NCBI GenBank assembly: GCA_025463785.1
Contig: JAODBD010000003.1
Span: 525,287 to 589,286 of the forward strand
Source: Glaciihabitans sp.
GTDB lineage: Bacteria; Actinomycetota; Actinomycetes; Actinomycetales; Microbacteriaceae
Direction of reading: 5' to 3'
Length of the DNA: 64,000 bases
The notes below the pieces were generated by a model. The model searched no databases. It was not told where the DNA came from and worked only from the letters and a program-made list of their open reading frames with translations. This document shows positions 44,599 to 52,903 of this stretch, in pieces (positions within the stretch are counted from its first letter, which is position 1; each line of letters starts with the position of its first letter). The translations under genes were made by a program, and so were the position numbers.

Positions 44599-44607
44599 CT
44601 GGGTAGA

Positions 44608-44703
44608 ACCTGTGCCGACGTCGACCTGTGCTGACGTCAACGTGTGCTGACACCGACCTGCGCCGACGTCAACCTGCGCTGACGTCAACCCGCGCCTACT
44701 CCG
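44608..44703. repeat. 16-bp tandem array (ACCTGYGCYGACGTCR x5 plus 1 degenerate unit) containing TGACGTCA/CGACGTCG palindromes
   Basis: Units start at 44608, 44624, 44640, 44656, 44672 and 44688. The period is not a multiple of 3. Confidence 0.85.
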
Positions 44704-44710
44704 GCCTGAA

Positions 44711-44771
44711 TTGACACGATCGACAGCATCAACCAGACTGCGTATATGAAACTCGATCTCATATATGAAAC
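44711..44771 (+). promoter_or_regulatory. putative sigma-70-type promoter (TTGACA-N17-CAGACT) followed by two TATATGAAAC direct repeats
   Basis: TTGACA at 44711-16, CAGACT at 44734-39, and TATATGAAAC at 44743-52 and 44762-71 (19 bp centre-to-centre). The ahcY-like ATG is at 44781. Confidence 0.4.
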
Positions 44772-44780
44772 AGTGCAACG

Positions 44781-46022
44781 ATGAGCCGGGCAGAACACAG
44801 CGACAGCAGCGGCAACGATGTCGGGATCTCCGCCCGCCCGGACAGCGCCGCCGCCGAGGAGCTCGCCGCGCGCGGCGCCGCACGCATCGAGTGGATCCGT
44901 TCGCGCATGCCGCTGCTTGCAGACGTCCGCACGGAATTCACGGCAACGACACCGTTTGCCGGCCACCGCATCGGAATGTCGCTGCACCTCGAGCCAAAGA
45001 CGGCGGTCCTGCTTGAGGTATTGAGCGCGGGAGGCGCCGAGGTCGTCGCAACCGGCAACCACGGTTCGACCCAGGATGACATCGTCGCCTTTCTTCGAAG
45101 CCAGGGGATGACAGTGTTCGGCTCGCGCGCCGACAGCATCGATCAGCACCACAGGAACGTTGCCGCCGTGCTCGACGCATCGCCCAGCATCCTGCTCGAC
45201 AACGGAGCTGACCTGGTAGCCGGAGCAATTGCGCGCGGCCAGACCATCTTCGGCGGGACCGAGGAGACCACCTCGGGCGGCACCCGGCTGCGTGGCGAAC
45301 TCGCCGGCGACATCCCGTTTCCGATCATCGTGATCAACGACAGCCTGCTCAAGGCGATCGGAGAGAACAAGCACGCCGTCGGCCAGTCGGTCGTCGAGAG
45401 CATCATGCGCATCACGAACCTGCGCATTCCGGGCCGCCGGTTTGTTGTCGCGGGCTACGGATGGTGCGGCCGTGGCATCGCTCACTACCTTCGCGCGATG
45501 GGCGGAAAGGTTGCCGTCGCCGAGATCGACGAGATCAAGGCCTTCGAAGCAGCAATGGACGGCTACCGCGTGGATGACCTGGTCAACCTGGCAAGCTGGG
45601 CGGAGGTGCTGGTCACGGCGACCGGGCATCCGGATATCGTGGCTCCCGACATCCTGGACAGGCTGGAGAATGGCACGGTTCTCGCGAACGCCGGCCATTT
45701 CCCGTGGGAGATCGACACCGCCGCCCTCTACGCGAGTGCGCTGTCAACCACGATGCTCGATGACGCGATCGAGCGGGTCGAGCTGCCCGGCGGTCGGCAT
45801 GTGATCCTGCTCGCGAACGGTCGCATGGTCAACCTCGCCGGCCGCGAACCCAAAGGCAACTCGCTCGAGTCGATGGATCTCGGCTTCCTGCTGCAGGCGC
45901 TGTCGCTCGAGCGAGTCGCGACCGGGGCTGAAACGCTCGTGCCCGGCGCCCAGGCTGTTCCCGATGACCTCGATCGCGAGATAGCACGGCGGATGCTGCG
46001 CGCAATGGCGGCAGGGCGATGA
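44781..46022 (+). CDS. adenosylhomocysteinase-family protein, short (archaeal/Thermotoga-like) type
   Basis: 413 aa with HLEPKTAVL, GNHGSTQDD, EETTSGG.RL and the NAD motif GYGWCGRGIA. Confidence 0.8.
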   Translation: MSRAEHSDSSGNDVGISARPDSAAAEELAARGAARIEWIRSRMPLLADVRTEFTATTPFAGHRIGMSLHLEPKTAVLLEVLSAGGAEVVATGNHGSTQDDIVAFLRSQGMTVFGSRADSIDQHHRNVAAVLDASPSILLDNGADLVAGAIARGQTIFGGTEETTSGGTRLRGELAGDIPFPIIVINDSLLKAIGENKHAVGQSVVESIMRITNLRIPGRRFVVAGYGWCGRGIAHYLRAMGGKVAVAEIDEIKAFEAAMDGYRVDDLVNLASWAEVLVTATGHPDIVAPDILDRLENGTVLANAGHFPWEIDTAALYASALSTTMLDDAIERVELPGGRHVILLANGRMVNLAGREPKGNSLESMDLGFLLQALSLERVATGAETLVPGAQAVPDDLDREIARRMLRAMAAGR

Positions 46023-46741
46023 ATGAGACGGCGCCGGAATATTCCGTTCCGGGCCTCGAGAAGGGGCTCGACATCCTCGAGGTCCTCAGTGCGGAGGCCG
46101 GCGGGCTGACCCAAAGCCAGCTGGCCGACGCCGTTGGCAAGACCGTCAGCCAGGTCTTCCGGGTGCTCGCCACCCTCGAGCGACGCGGATTCATCGCACG
46201 CGACCGGCAGTCCGGCCTCTACCTGCTGTCGACCCGGATGTTCGACCTGGCACACCGCCATCCACCGCTGCGAGGGCTGATCCAGCTCGCCATCGGCCCG
46301 ATGCGCGAACTCGCGGACACGCTCGCGCAGTCCTGCAATCTGAGCGTGATCGACGAGGATCGCGTGCGCATTCTCGCCCAGGCCGAATCACCGGCTGACT
46401 TCGGCTACCGGGTACGGGTGGGCGCGACGTTCCCGATCGAGTCGACGGCGTCGGGCGCCGTGCTGCTGAGCGGGGCGCCGACCGACCTGCGCGAGCGCTT
46501 CGCGGGCGTCGACACAGCCGGGATCGCCGAGCGCGGCTACCTCAGCCGGCCGGATGCCATGCAGGCCGGCGTCACGGATGTCGTGGTCGCGATCCGAGAC
46601 ACCGTCGGTGTCACGATTGCGGCACTCACGATCCCGTACATCGCAACGAGCTACAGCGAGACGGCACTCGCGGTCGTTATCGAGTCGGCGCTCGACACAG
46701 CGCAGGCCATCGAGGTCAAACTGAAAGGCATACCCAGCTAA
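46019..46741 (+). CDS. IclR family transcriptional regulator
   Basis: The N-terminal wHTH reads GLEKGLDILEVLS...LTQSQLADAVGKTVSQVFRVLATLERRGFI, and there is an IclR effector domain. ATGA overlap with the upstream gene. Confidence 0.88.
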   Translation: MNETAPEYSVPGLEKGLDILEVLSAEAGGLTQSQLADAVGKTVSQVFRVLATLERRGFIARDRQSGLYLLSTRMFDLAHRHPPLRGLIQLAIGPMRELADTLAQSCNLSVIDEDRVRILAQAESPADFGYRVRVGATFPIESTASGAVLLSGAPTDLRERFAGVDTAGIAERGYLSRPDAMQAGVTDVVVAIRDTVGVTIAALTIPYIATSYSETALAVVIESALDTAQAIEVKLKGIPS

Positions 46742-46761
46742 GCGACCGGTAGATTTGACCC

Positions 46762-47901
46762 ATGACCACACCCCCCGCCGACCATCTCAATGCCGACGAC
46801 TTCCTGCTGCCCGGCGGGGGTGCAAGCATCACGGCTCTCCCCAAGGTTTCTCTTCACGACCACCTCGACGGCGGACTGCGACCGGCCACCATTCTCGAAC
46901 TCGCTGCCGAGATTGGGCTCGAAGTTCCGGCATCCAGCCCGGCGGCCCTTCAGGAGTGGTTCAACGAGAGCTGCGATTCCGGCGATCTGGTCGCATACCT
47001 GAAGACGTTCGACCTCACCATTGCCGTGATGCAGACGCCCGAGAACCTTGCGCGCGTCGCCCGCGAATTCGTGCAGGATCTCGGCGCTGACGGCGTCGTG
47101 TACGGCGAGATTCGCTGGGCCCCCGAGCAGCACCTGACGACCGGGCTGTCACTCGATGAGGTTGTTGAGGCTGTGCAGGCGGGGCTGGATGCCGGAGTCG
47201 ACGATGTGCGCGCGGCCGGCCACAGCATCCGGGTCGGCCAGCTCATCAGTGCCATGCGCCATCTTGATCGCGGGCTCGAAATTGCCCAACTGGCCGTGCG
47301 GCATCGCGATCGCGGTGTGGTCGGATTCGATATTGCCGGCCCGGAGGACGGCTTCTCTCCCGAGCGGATGAGGGACGCGTTCGATTATCTGGCGCGCGAG
47401 TACCTGCCGCGCACGGTTCACGCGGGCGAGGCGGCGGGGCTCGCAAGCATCGAGAGCGCGCTGTTCGACGGCCGCGCCATGCGCCTCGGCCACGGCGTGC
47501 GCATTGCGGAAGACATCCAGACCGAGCGTGAGGATGACGAGAGCACGTTCGTGACGCTCGGGCCGATCGCCCAGTGGGTCAAGGATCGTGAGATCGCGCT
47601 GGAGACGAGCCCGTCATCCAACCTGCAGACCGGCGCGATCGCCCAGTGGGGAGACGAACTGATTGATCACCCCTTCGATCTGCTGTATCAGCTCGGCTTC
47701 AACGTGACCGTGAACACCGACAATCGTCTGATGAGCAACACGACTCTCAGCCGCGAACTATTCCTGCTCGCGGAGACCTTCGGCTACGACCTTGCCGATC
47801 TTGAGGTGTTCCAGCTGAACGCCGCCGCCGCGTCGTTCCTCGCCCTCGAAGACCGGGAAGACCTCGCCGCCCAGATCTCCGAAGGTTTCGGGCGAGCCTG
47901 A
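46762..47901 (+). CDS. add: adenosine deaminase
   Basis: LPKVSLHDHLDGGLRP, HAGE and SPSSN...TVNTDN motifs. Confidence 0.92.
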   Translation: MTTPPADHLNADDFLLPGGGASITALPKVSLHDHLDGGLRPATILELAAEIGLEVPASSPAALQEWFNESCDSGDLVAYLKTFDLTIAVMQTPENLARVAREFVQDLGADGVVYGEIRWAPEQHLTTGLSLDEVVEAVQAGLDAGVDDVRAAGHSIRVGQLISAMRHLDRGLEIAQLAVRHRDRGVVGFDIAGPEDGFSPERMRDAFDYLAREYLPRTVHAGEAAGLASIESALFDGRAMRLGHGVRIAEDIQTEREDDESTFVTLGPIAQWVKDREIALETSPSSNLQTGAIAQWGDELIDHPFDLLYQLGFNVTVNTDNRLMSNTTLSRELFLLAETFGYDLADLEVFQLNAAAASFLALEDREDLAAQISEGFGRA

Positions 47902-48348
47902 ATGGCGCTTCCCGCCCTCCCACGCGATGCGATCGTTCTCGGCGCCGAGGCGACCGACTGGCGCGATGCCGTGCGCCTTGCCGGTGCAGCCCTCACCGCG
48001 GCCGGAATCGCGCGGCCGGGCTATGCGGGAGAGATGGTGCGGATGATCGAGGAGCACGGCCCATACGTCGTGATCGCTCCGGGGCTGGCGCTTGCACACG
48101 CGCGGCCGGGGCCTGAAGTGCTGGCCGACGGTCTCGCGATCGTTACCCTGGCGACGCCTGTCGACTTCGGACATCCGTACAACGACCCGGTCAGCGTGGT
48201 TTTGGCTCTGGCCGTTGCGTCGGGGGATGCCCATATCGCGCTCGTCGCCGAGCTCGCCAACATCTTCAACGACTCATCCGCCGTCGCCGACCTCGCCGCA
48301 GCGCGCAGTGTCGACGACGTGATGGCCATCATGGGGGCTGCAAAGTGA
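47902..48348 (+). CDS. PTS EIIA component (type 2, ascorbate/mannitol-family)
   Basis: 148 aa with the active-site region IAPGLALAHARP. It starts immediately after the add stop (TGAATG). Confidence 0.8.
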   Translation: MALPALPRDAIVLGAEATDWRDAVRLAGAALTAAGIARPGYAGEMVRMIEEHGPYVVIAPGLALAHARPGPEVLADGLAIVTLATPVDFGHPYNDPVSVVLALAVASGDAHIALVAELANIFNDSSAVADLAAARSVDDVMAIMGAAK

Positions 48349-48617
48349 AAATTGTTGCGATCTGCGGCGCCGGGATCGGGTCGAGCGGCATCCTGAAGGT
48401 CAACGCCGAGCGCGTACTTGGCCGGCTCGGCATTCAGGCGGAGGTCACGGCGGCGCACCTCGCATCTCTGGCCCAGGATGCTGCGAACGCGCAGGTGATC
48501 CTCACGAGTCCGGAGTTTGTGGATGCCATCGGCAAGACCAACGCAGACATCGTGATCGTGGAGAACTACTTCGATACCGCTGAACTCACCCGCAAGCTGG
48601 AAGCCGCGCTCGGGTAG
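48345..48617 (+). CDS. PTS EIIB component (ascorbate/SgaB-UlaB type)
   Basis: 90 aa. MKIVAICGAGIGSSG carries the phospho-Cys motif. GTGA overlap with EIIA. Confidence 0.8.
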   Translation: MKIVAICGAGIGSSGILKVNAERVLGRLGIQAEVTAAHLASLAQDAANAQVILTSPEFVDAIGKTNADIVIVENYFDTAELTRKLEAALG

Positions 48618-48622
48618 CGACC

Positions 48623-48661
48623 AGTGAGGCTAGCCGCTAGTGAGGTTAGCCCCGAGTGAGG
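48623..48661. repeat. 16-bp period triple repeat of AGTGAGG(Y)
   Basis: AGTGAGG at 48623-29, 48639-45 and 48655-61. An inverted copy (GCCTCAC) lies at about 48712-18. Confidence 0.7.
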
Positions 48662-48669
48662 CCCGATTT

Positions 48670-48690
48670 CCCGCGCGTTCGCAGCGCGGG
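48670..48690. terminator. hairpin between convergent PTS-IIB and phosphomutase genes
   Basis: CCCGCGC, GTTCGCA loop, GCGCGGG (perfect 7 bp stem), preceded by TTT. Confidence 0.5.
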
Positions 48691-48716
48691 CACGCCGGAG
48701 GTTTGTCCGTTGAGCC

Positions 48717-50417
48717 TCACGCGAGCAGCGCTCGCATCCCTGCATCCAGCGCTGCGACCTTTGCGGCGGCGGCGTTCTGGCGTTCCCGCGCAGTGCCGTC
48801 GATGCTCGACGCGTCGATGTAAACCTTAAGCTTCGGTTCGGTGCCGCTCGGGCGCACGATGACACGGGATCCATCTTCGGTCCACATGCGAAGGATGTCG
48901 TTCGGTGGAAACTGCGCGAAACCGTTCGCGAAGTCATCGATCGAGGTGATGGCGACCGAGCCGATCTGCGTTGGCGGGTTCGACCGCATCCCGTGCATAA
49001 GTTTCGGAATCTCGGCGAGATCGCTCACGCGAACCGAGATTTGGGATGACGCATACGCCCCAAACTTGGCGGCAAAGTGGTCGGCGTGGTCGGCCAGTGT
49101 CTTGCCTGCGGCTTTCAGTTCAGACACGAGTGCGAGCAGTTCGACCGCGGCGGAAATGCCGTCCTTGTCGCGAATCTTGTCGGGGTCAACGAGGTATCCG
49201 AGCGCCTCCTCATACCCGAACGCGAGGTCGGGAACGCGCGAGATCCACTTGAATCCGGTCAGGGTCTCGGCATGCTCGAGGTGGTATGCGCTGGCGACCG
49301 CGGCCAGCGCCGGGCTCGAAACCAGCGAGTTTGCAAGGGTTCCGTCTTTGTCGGTTACGGTCAAGCGGTCTGCAGCGCGCCATCCGAGCAGCCAGCCGAC
49401 CTCGTTTCCGCTGAGTCTGCGCCACCCGTCAGCCGTCGGCACTCCGACGGCCAGTCGGTCGGCGTCTGGGTCGTTCGCGATCACGACATCGGCGCCGACA
49501 GATGCCGCAACGGCGAACGAGAGGTCCATCGCGCCCGGCTCTTCCGGGTTTGGGAACGCCACCGTCGGGAACGCGGCATCCGGCTCGATCTGCTCGGTCA
49601 CCACGGCCGGAAGCGAGAATCCGGATGCGGCGAAAACGCGTTGCGCCGTCTCCCATCCCACCCCGTGCATAGCCGTGTAAACGAATTTCACGTCCGCGGC
49701 CGCCCGCCCGATGGCGGCCGTCGTAGCGACGTAGGCATCGAGCACCTCCTCGCCCGCGAGCTCGTAGGTCGCAGCTCGTGGCAGAGAACGGATGTCTCCC
49801 GCGGCAACCCGCTCGATCTGCGCCGCGATCTCGCCGTCGGCCGGTGGCACGATCTGCGATCCGGCGTCGATACCGCCCAGATAGACCTTGTATCCGTTGT
49901 CGGCGGCAGGATTGTGGCTTGCGGTCACCATGACGCCAGCGCTGGCATCCAGATGACGAACGGCGAACGCGAGAACCGGGGTTGGCAGCAGGCGGGGGAG
50001 GAGAATCGCCCGGACTCCGGCACCGGCCATGAGCTCTGCGGTGTCGGTCGCGAAGACGTGCGAGTTCTTGCGTCCGTCGTAGCCGATCACGACCGAGGGA
50101 TGCGGCTCCCGGGCCAGCAAAAATGCGGCAAGTCCCGCGGCCGCCTGCGACACCAGCACGCGGTTCATCCGATTGGGGCCGGCACCGAGTGCGCCGCGCA
50201 AACCCGCCGTTCCGAACTCGAGACGGGTGGCGAAACGGTCTTCGAGCTCGGCGAGGGCTGCGGCTGAACCCGCTTCGGTGGCATGGGCGTCTGCCGTACC
50301 GGCGTCGGCTTCGGCACGACCCGCTTCGGCGGCCGTGATCAGGCGATCGAGCTCTGCGCGGGTTTCGTCATCGGGATCCTGGTCGCGCCAGGCTTTGGCC
50401 GCGGCGAATCCGCTCAC
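48717..50417 (-). CDS. phospho-sugar mutase (alpha-D-phosphohexomutase family; probably the phosphopentomutase role given its punA linkage)
   Basis: 566 aa with the active-site sequence TASHNPAADNGYKVY. ATGA-type overlap with punA upstream. Confidence 0.85.
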   Translation of the reverse strand: MSGFAAAKAWRDQDPDDETRAELDRLITAAEAGRAEADAGTADAHATEAGSAAALAELEDRFATRLEFGTAGLRGALGAGPNRMNRVLVSQAAAGLAAFLLAREPHPSVVIGYDGRKNSHVFATDTAELMAGAGVRAILLPRLLPTPVLAFAVRHLDASAGVMVTASHNPAADNGYKVYLGGIDAGSQIVPPADGEIAAQIERVAAGDIRSLPRAATYELAGEEVLDAYVATTAAIGRAAADVKFVYTAMHGVGWETAQRVFAASGFSLPAVVTEQIEPDAAFPTVAFPNPEEPGAMDLSFAVAASVGADVVIANDPDADRLAVGVPTADGWRRLSGNEVGWLLGWRAADRLTVTDKDGTLANSLVSSPALAAVASAYHLEHAETLTGFKWISRVPDLAFGYEEALGYLVDPDKIRDKDGISAAVELLALVSELKAAGKTLADHADHFAAKFGAYASSQISVRVSDLAEIPKLMHGMRSNPPTQIGSVAITSIDDFANGFAQFPPNDILRMWTEDGSRVIVRPSGTEPKLKVYIDASSIDGTARERQNAAAAKVAALDAGMRALLA

Positions 50418-51247
50418 AACTCCACCACAATGCGCGCAAGGAGATCACCGATCACAGCTTCGGCGTTCTTGCCGGCTTCGAGCACCTCGGCATGGCTCAA
50501 TGGAGTCTTCTGGATGCCCGCAGCGAGATTGGTGATGAGTGACATACCGAGAATTTCCATACCGGCCTGGCGGGCCGCGATCGCCTCCAGGGCCGTCGAC
50601 ATCCCGACGATATGACCGCCGAACGACTTTGCCATCTGCACCTCGGCCGGGGTCTCGTACTGCGGGCCGCGAAACTGGCAGTACACGCCCTCATCCAGTG
50701 ACGGGTCGACCGATCGTGCGATCTCACGCAGGCGCGACGAGTACAGGTCTGTCAGGTCGATGAACGTCGCGCCCTCGAGAGGGGATGCCCCGGTCAGGTT
50801 GATGTGGTCGCTGATCAGCACCGGGGTGCCGGGCTTCCAGGTCTCTCGGATGCCGCCGGCACCATTCGTCAGGATCATGGTCTTCACACCGGCGGCGGCA
50901 GCCGTGCGCACGGAGTGCACGACCCGACGAACGCCGTGACCCTCGTAGAAGTGCGTGCGTGCTCCGATGACGAGCGCCCGCTTGCCGTTCGGGAGTTCAA
51001 TCGATCGCAGGGTGCCGACGTGGCCTGCGAGCGCAGGCGTGCTGAAGCCGATGATCTCGGAGGCCTGGACTGTTGCCGTAGTGGCGCCGATGAGATCGGC
51101 GGCCTTGCCCCATCCGCTTCCGAGAGTGAGCGCGATGTCGTGGGATGCGACACCGGTGCGTTCTGCGATCTCGGCCGCCGCCTGGGAGGCAATTTCGAAT
51201 GGATCGACCTGCGGATCGTCAAGTGGGTGCTGAATCGGCGCTGACAT
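50414..51247 (-). CDS. punA: purine-nucleoside phosphorylase (trimeric PNP family)
   Basis: 277 aa with LGSGWG, FYEGH and VGMSTALE motifs. Confidence 0.9.
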   Translation of the reverse strand: MSAPIQHPLDDPQVDPFEIASQAAAEIAERTGVASHDIALTLGSGWGKAADLIGATTATVQASEIIGFSTPALAGHVGTLRSIELPNGKRALVIGARTHFYEGHGVRRVVHSVRTAAAAGVKTMILTNGAGGIRETWKPGTPVLISDHINLTGASPLEGATFIDLTDLYSSRLREIARSVDPSLDEGVYCQFRGPQYETPAEVQMAKSFGGHIVGMSTALEAIAARQAGMEILGMSLITNLAAGIQKTPLSHAEVLEAGKNAEAVIGDLLARIVVEL

Positions 51248-51323
51248 TCCTCAACCCTAGAGGCTCGCACCCGCCGAATGGCCGTGGTTTTGTGCCCGCA
51301 TACATACGAGCGAGAATTGCTGC

Positions 51324-52763
51324 ATGGCCTATGAGTTCGAGCGCAAGCAACGCATCGCGATCGTTGGTGGTGGGCCAGGAGGGTACGAGGCCGCGCTGAC
51401 CGGCGCCCAGCTGGGTGCAGAGGTGACGCTCGTCGAACGCACGGGCGTCGGCGGCTCGGCGGTGCTGACCGACGTTGTGCCATCGAAGACGCTCATCGCG
51501 ACTGCGGAGGCAACGAGTGCGATCGGCGAGGCAACAGAACTCGGAGTCCAATTCTTCACCCGCGGCGAGAACGGCCGCCCTGTGCGGCCGGAGGTCACGG
51601 TCAACTTTGCCGCGGTCAACGACCGTCTGCTGCGGCTGGCACGCCAGCAGTCCGAAGACATGAAGTCGCAGCTCATCAAGGCTGGCGTGCGGATCGTCGC
51701 GGGCGAGGGTCGTCTCGACGGTCCACAGCGCGTCGTCGTCTCGACCGGCAAGGGCAGCAAGGGCGGTACCGACTTCGACGAGATCGACGCAGACACTATC
51801 GTCGTGTCGGTCGGGGCCAGGCCGCGCATGCTGAAGACGGCCATGCCGGATGGCGAGCGCATCCTGACCTGGACGCAGCTCTACACCCTCGATCAGACGC
51901 CCGAGCACCTGATCGTCGTGGGTTCCGGTGTGACCGGCGCGGAGTTCGCTTCCGCCTATATGTACCTGGGTTCGAAGGTGACGCTCATTTCGAGCCGCGA
52001 CCAGGTTCTCCCGAACGAAGACGCCGACGCCGCCCGGGTCATCGAGGACGTCTTCACCCGCAACGGGATGACAGTGCTCTCGAAGAGCAGGGCCGATTCC
52101 GTCAAGCGCACCAAGACCGGCGTCATCGCAACCCTCTCCGACGGACGCACGGTCGAGGGGAGCCACTGCCTGCTCGCCGTCGGCTCGATCCCGAACACGA
52201 CCGGCATCGGCCTTGAGGAGGCGGGTGTGCAGCTCACCGAGAGCGGCCACATTCGGGTGAACCGGGTGGCACGCACCTCGATGCCGTCGATCTACGCAGC
52301 CGGCGACTGCAGTGACTTTCTGCCGCTGGCATCCGTCGCATCGATGCAGGGTCGCACGGCCGTTTTCCATGCAATGGGGGATGCCGTCAACCCCACCGAG
52401 CTGCGCAATATCACCTCAAACATTTTCACGAACCCCGAGATTGCGACGGTCGGCTGGAGTCAGAAGCAGATCGAGGACGGCGTTGCGCAGGGCGAGATCT
52501 ACAAGCTGCCACTGTCATCGAACCCGCGCGCCAAGATGATGGGACTGAAAGACGGTTTCGTGAAACTGTTCGCGCGCACCGGTTCCGGCACCGTCATCGG
52601 CGGCGTGATCGTGGCACCGCGCGCATCAGAACTCATTCTGCCGATCGCACTGGCTGTCGAGCACCGGCTCACCGTCGACCAGTTGGCCAGCGCCTTCTCC
52701 GTGTACCCCTCGCTCACCGGCAGCATCACGGACGCCGCCCGGGCGATGCACATCGTCAACTAG
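51324..52763 (+). CDS. NAD(P)H-quinone dehydrogenase / dihydrolipoamide-dehydrogenase-family flavoprotein (LpdA-like, lacks the redox disulfide motif)
   Basis: 479 aa with the FAD motif IVGGGPGGYEAA and the NAD motif VVGSGVTGAEFA. Confidence 0.85.
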   Translation: MAYEFERKQRIAIVGGGPGGYEAALTGAQLGAEVTLVERTGVGGSAVLTDVVPSKTLIATAEATSAIGEATELGVQFFTRGENGRPVRPEVTVNFAAVNDRLLRLARQQSEDMKSQLIKAGVRIVAGEGRLDGPQRVVVSTGKGSKGGTDFDEIDADTIVVSVGARPRMLKTAMPDGERILTWTQLYTLDQTPEHLIVVGSGVTGAEFASAYMYLGSKVTLISSRDQVLPNEDADAARVIEDVFTRNGMTVLSKSRADSVKRTKTGVIATLSDGRTVEGSHCLLAVGSIPNTTGIGLEEAGVQLTESGHIRVNRVARTSMPSIYAAGDCSDFLPLASVASMQGRTAVFHAMGDAVNPTELRNITSNIFTNPEIATVGWSQKQIEDGVAQGEIYKLPLSSNPRAKMMGLKDGFVKLFARTGSGTVIGGVIVAPRASELILPIALAVEHRLTVDQLASAFSVYPSLTGSITDAARAMHIVN

Positions 52764-52903
52764 GTTTCGGTCGAACCCGGTTGCCGCGAAAGCTGCGAGT
52801 TCGATTTGGGATGCCGCATCCCGACCCCGAGTAATTGTTACCTACGCGGCCGTCTCCGCCCGCTGGCTAGTCTCGGCACAGCCATTTCGAACGGGAGAAC
52901 CCC

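Noticed and set aside
44608-44703. CRISPR array reading of the short tandem arrays at 42793-42885, 44608-44703 and 48623-48661.
   Set aside because: The units are contiguous 15-16 bp repeats with no unique spacers. This is far below CRISPR repeat and spacer sizes, and there are no cas genes in the window.
44599-44780. SAH riboswitch upstream of the adenosylhomocysteinase-like gene.
   Set aside because: No AGGAGCGYUGC / CAGG..UCGG / GCGCUCAC-type conserved segments are present. The region consists of the 16-bp tandem array and an AT-rich promoter-like stretch instead.
52758-52767. AACTAGGTTT after the lpdA-like stop matching AACTAGGTTT at 24181-24190, as a possible third copy of the sigma-associated motif upstream of the secreted protein 52904.
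   Set aside because: Only the first half matches, and in both cases it includes an Asn codon plus a TAG stop. The GCGTCATAGT half is missing at the correct spacing. This is insufficient evidence for a shared site, although it is worth including in a motif scan.
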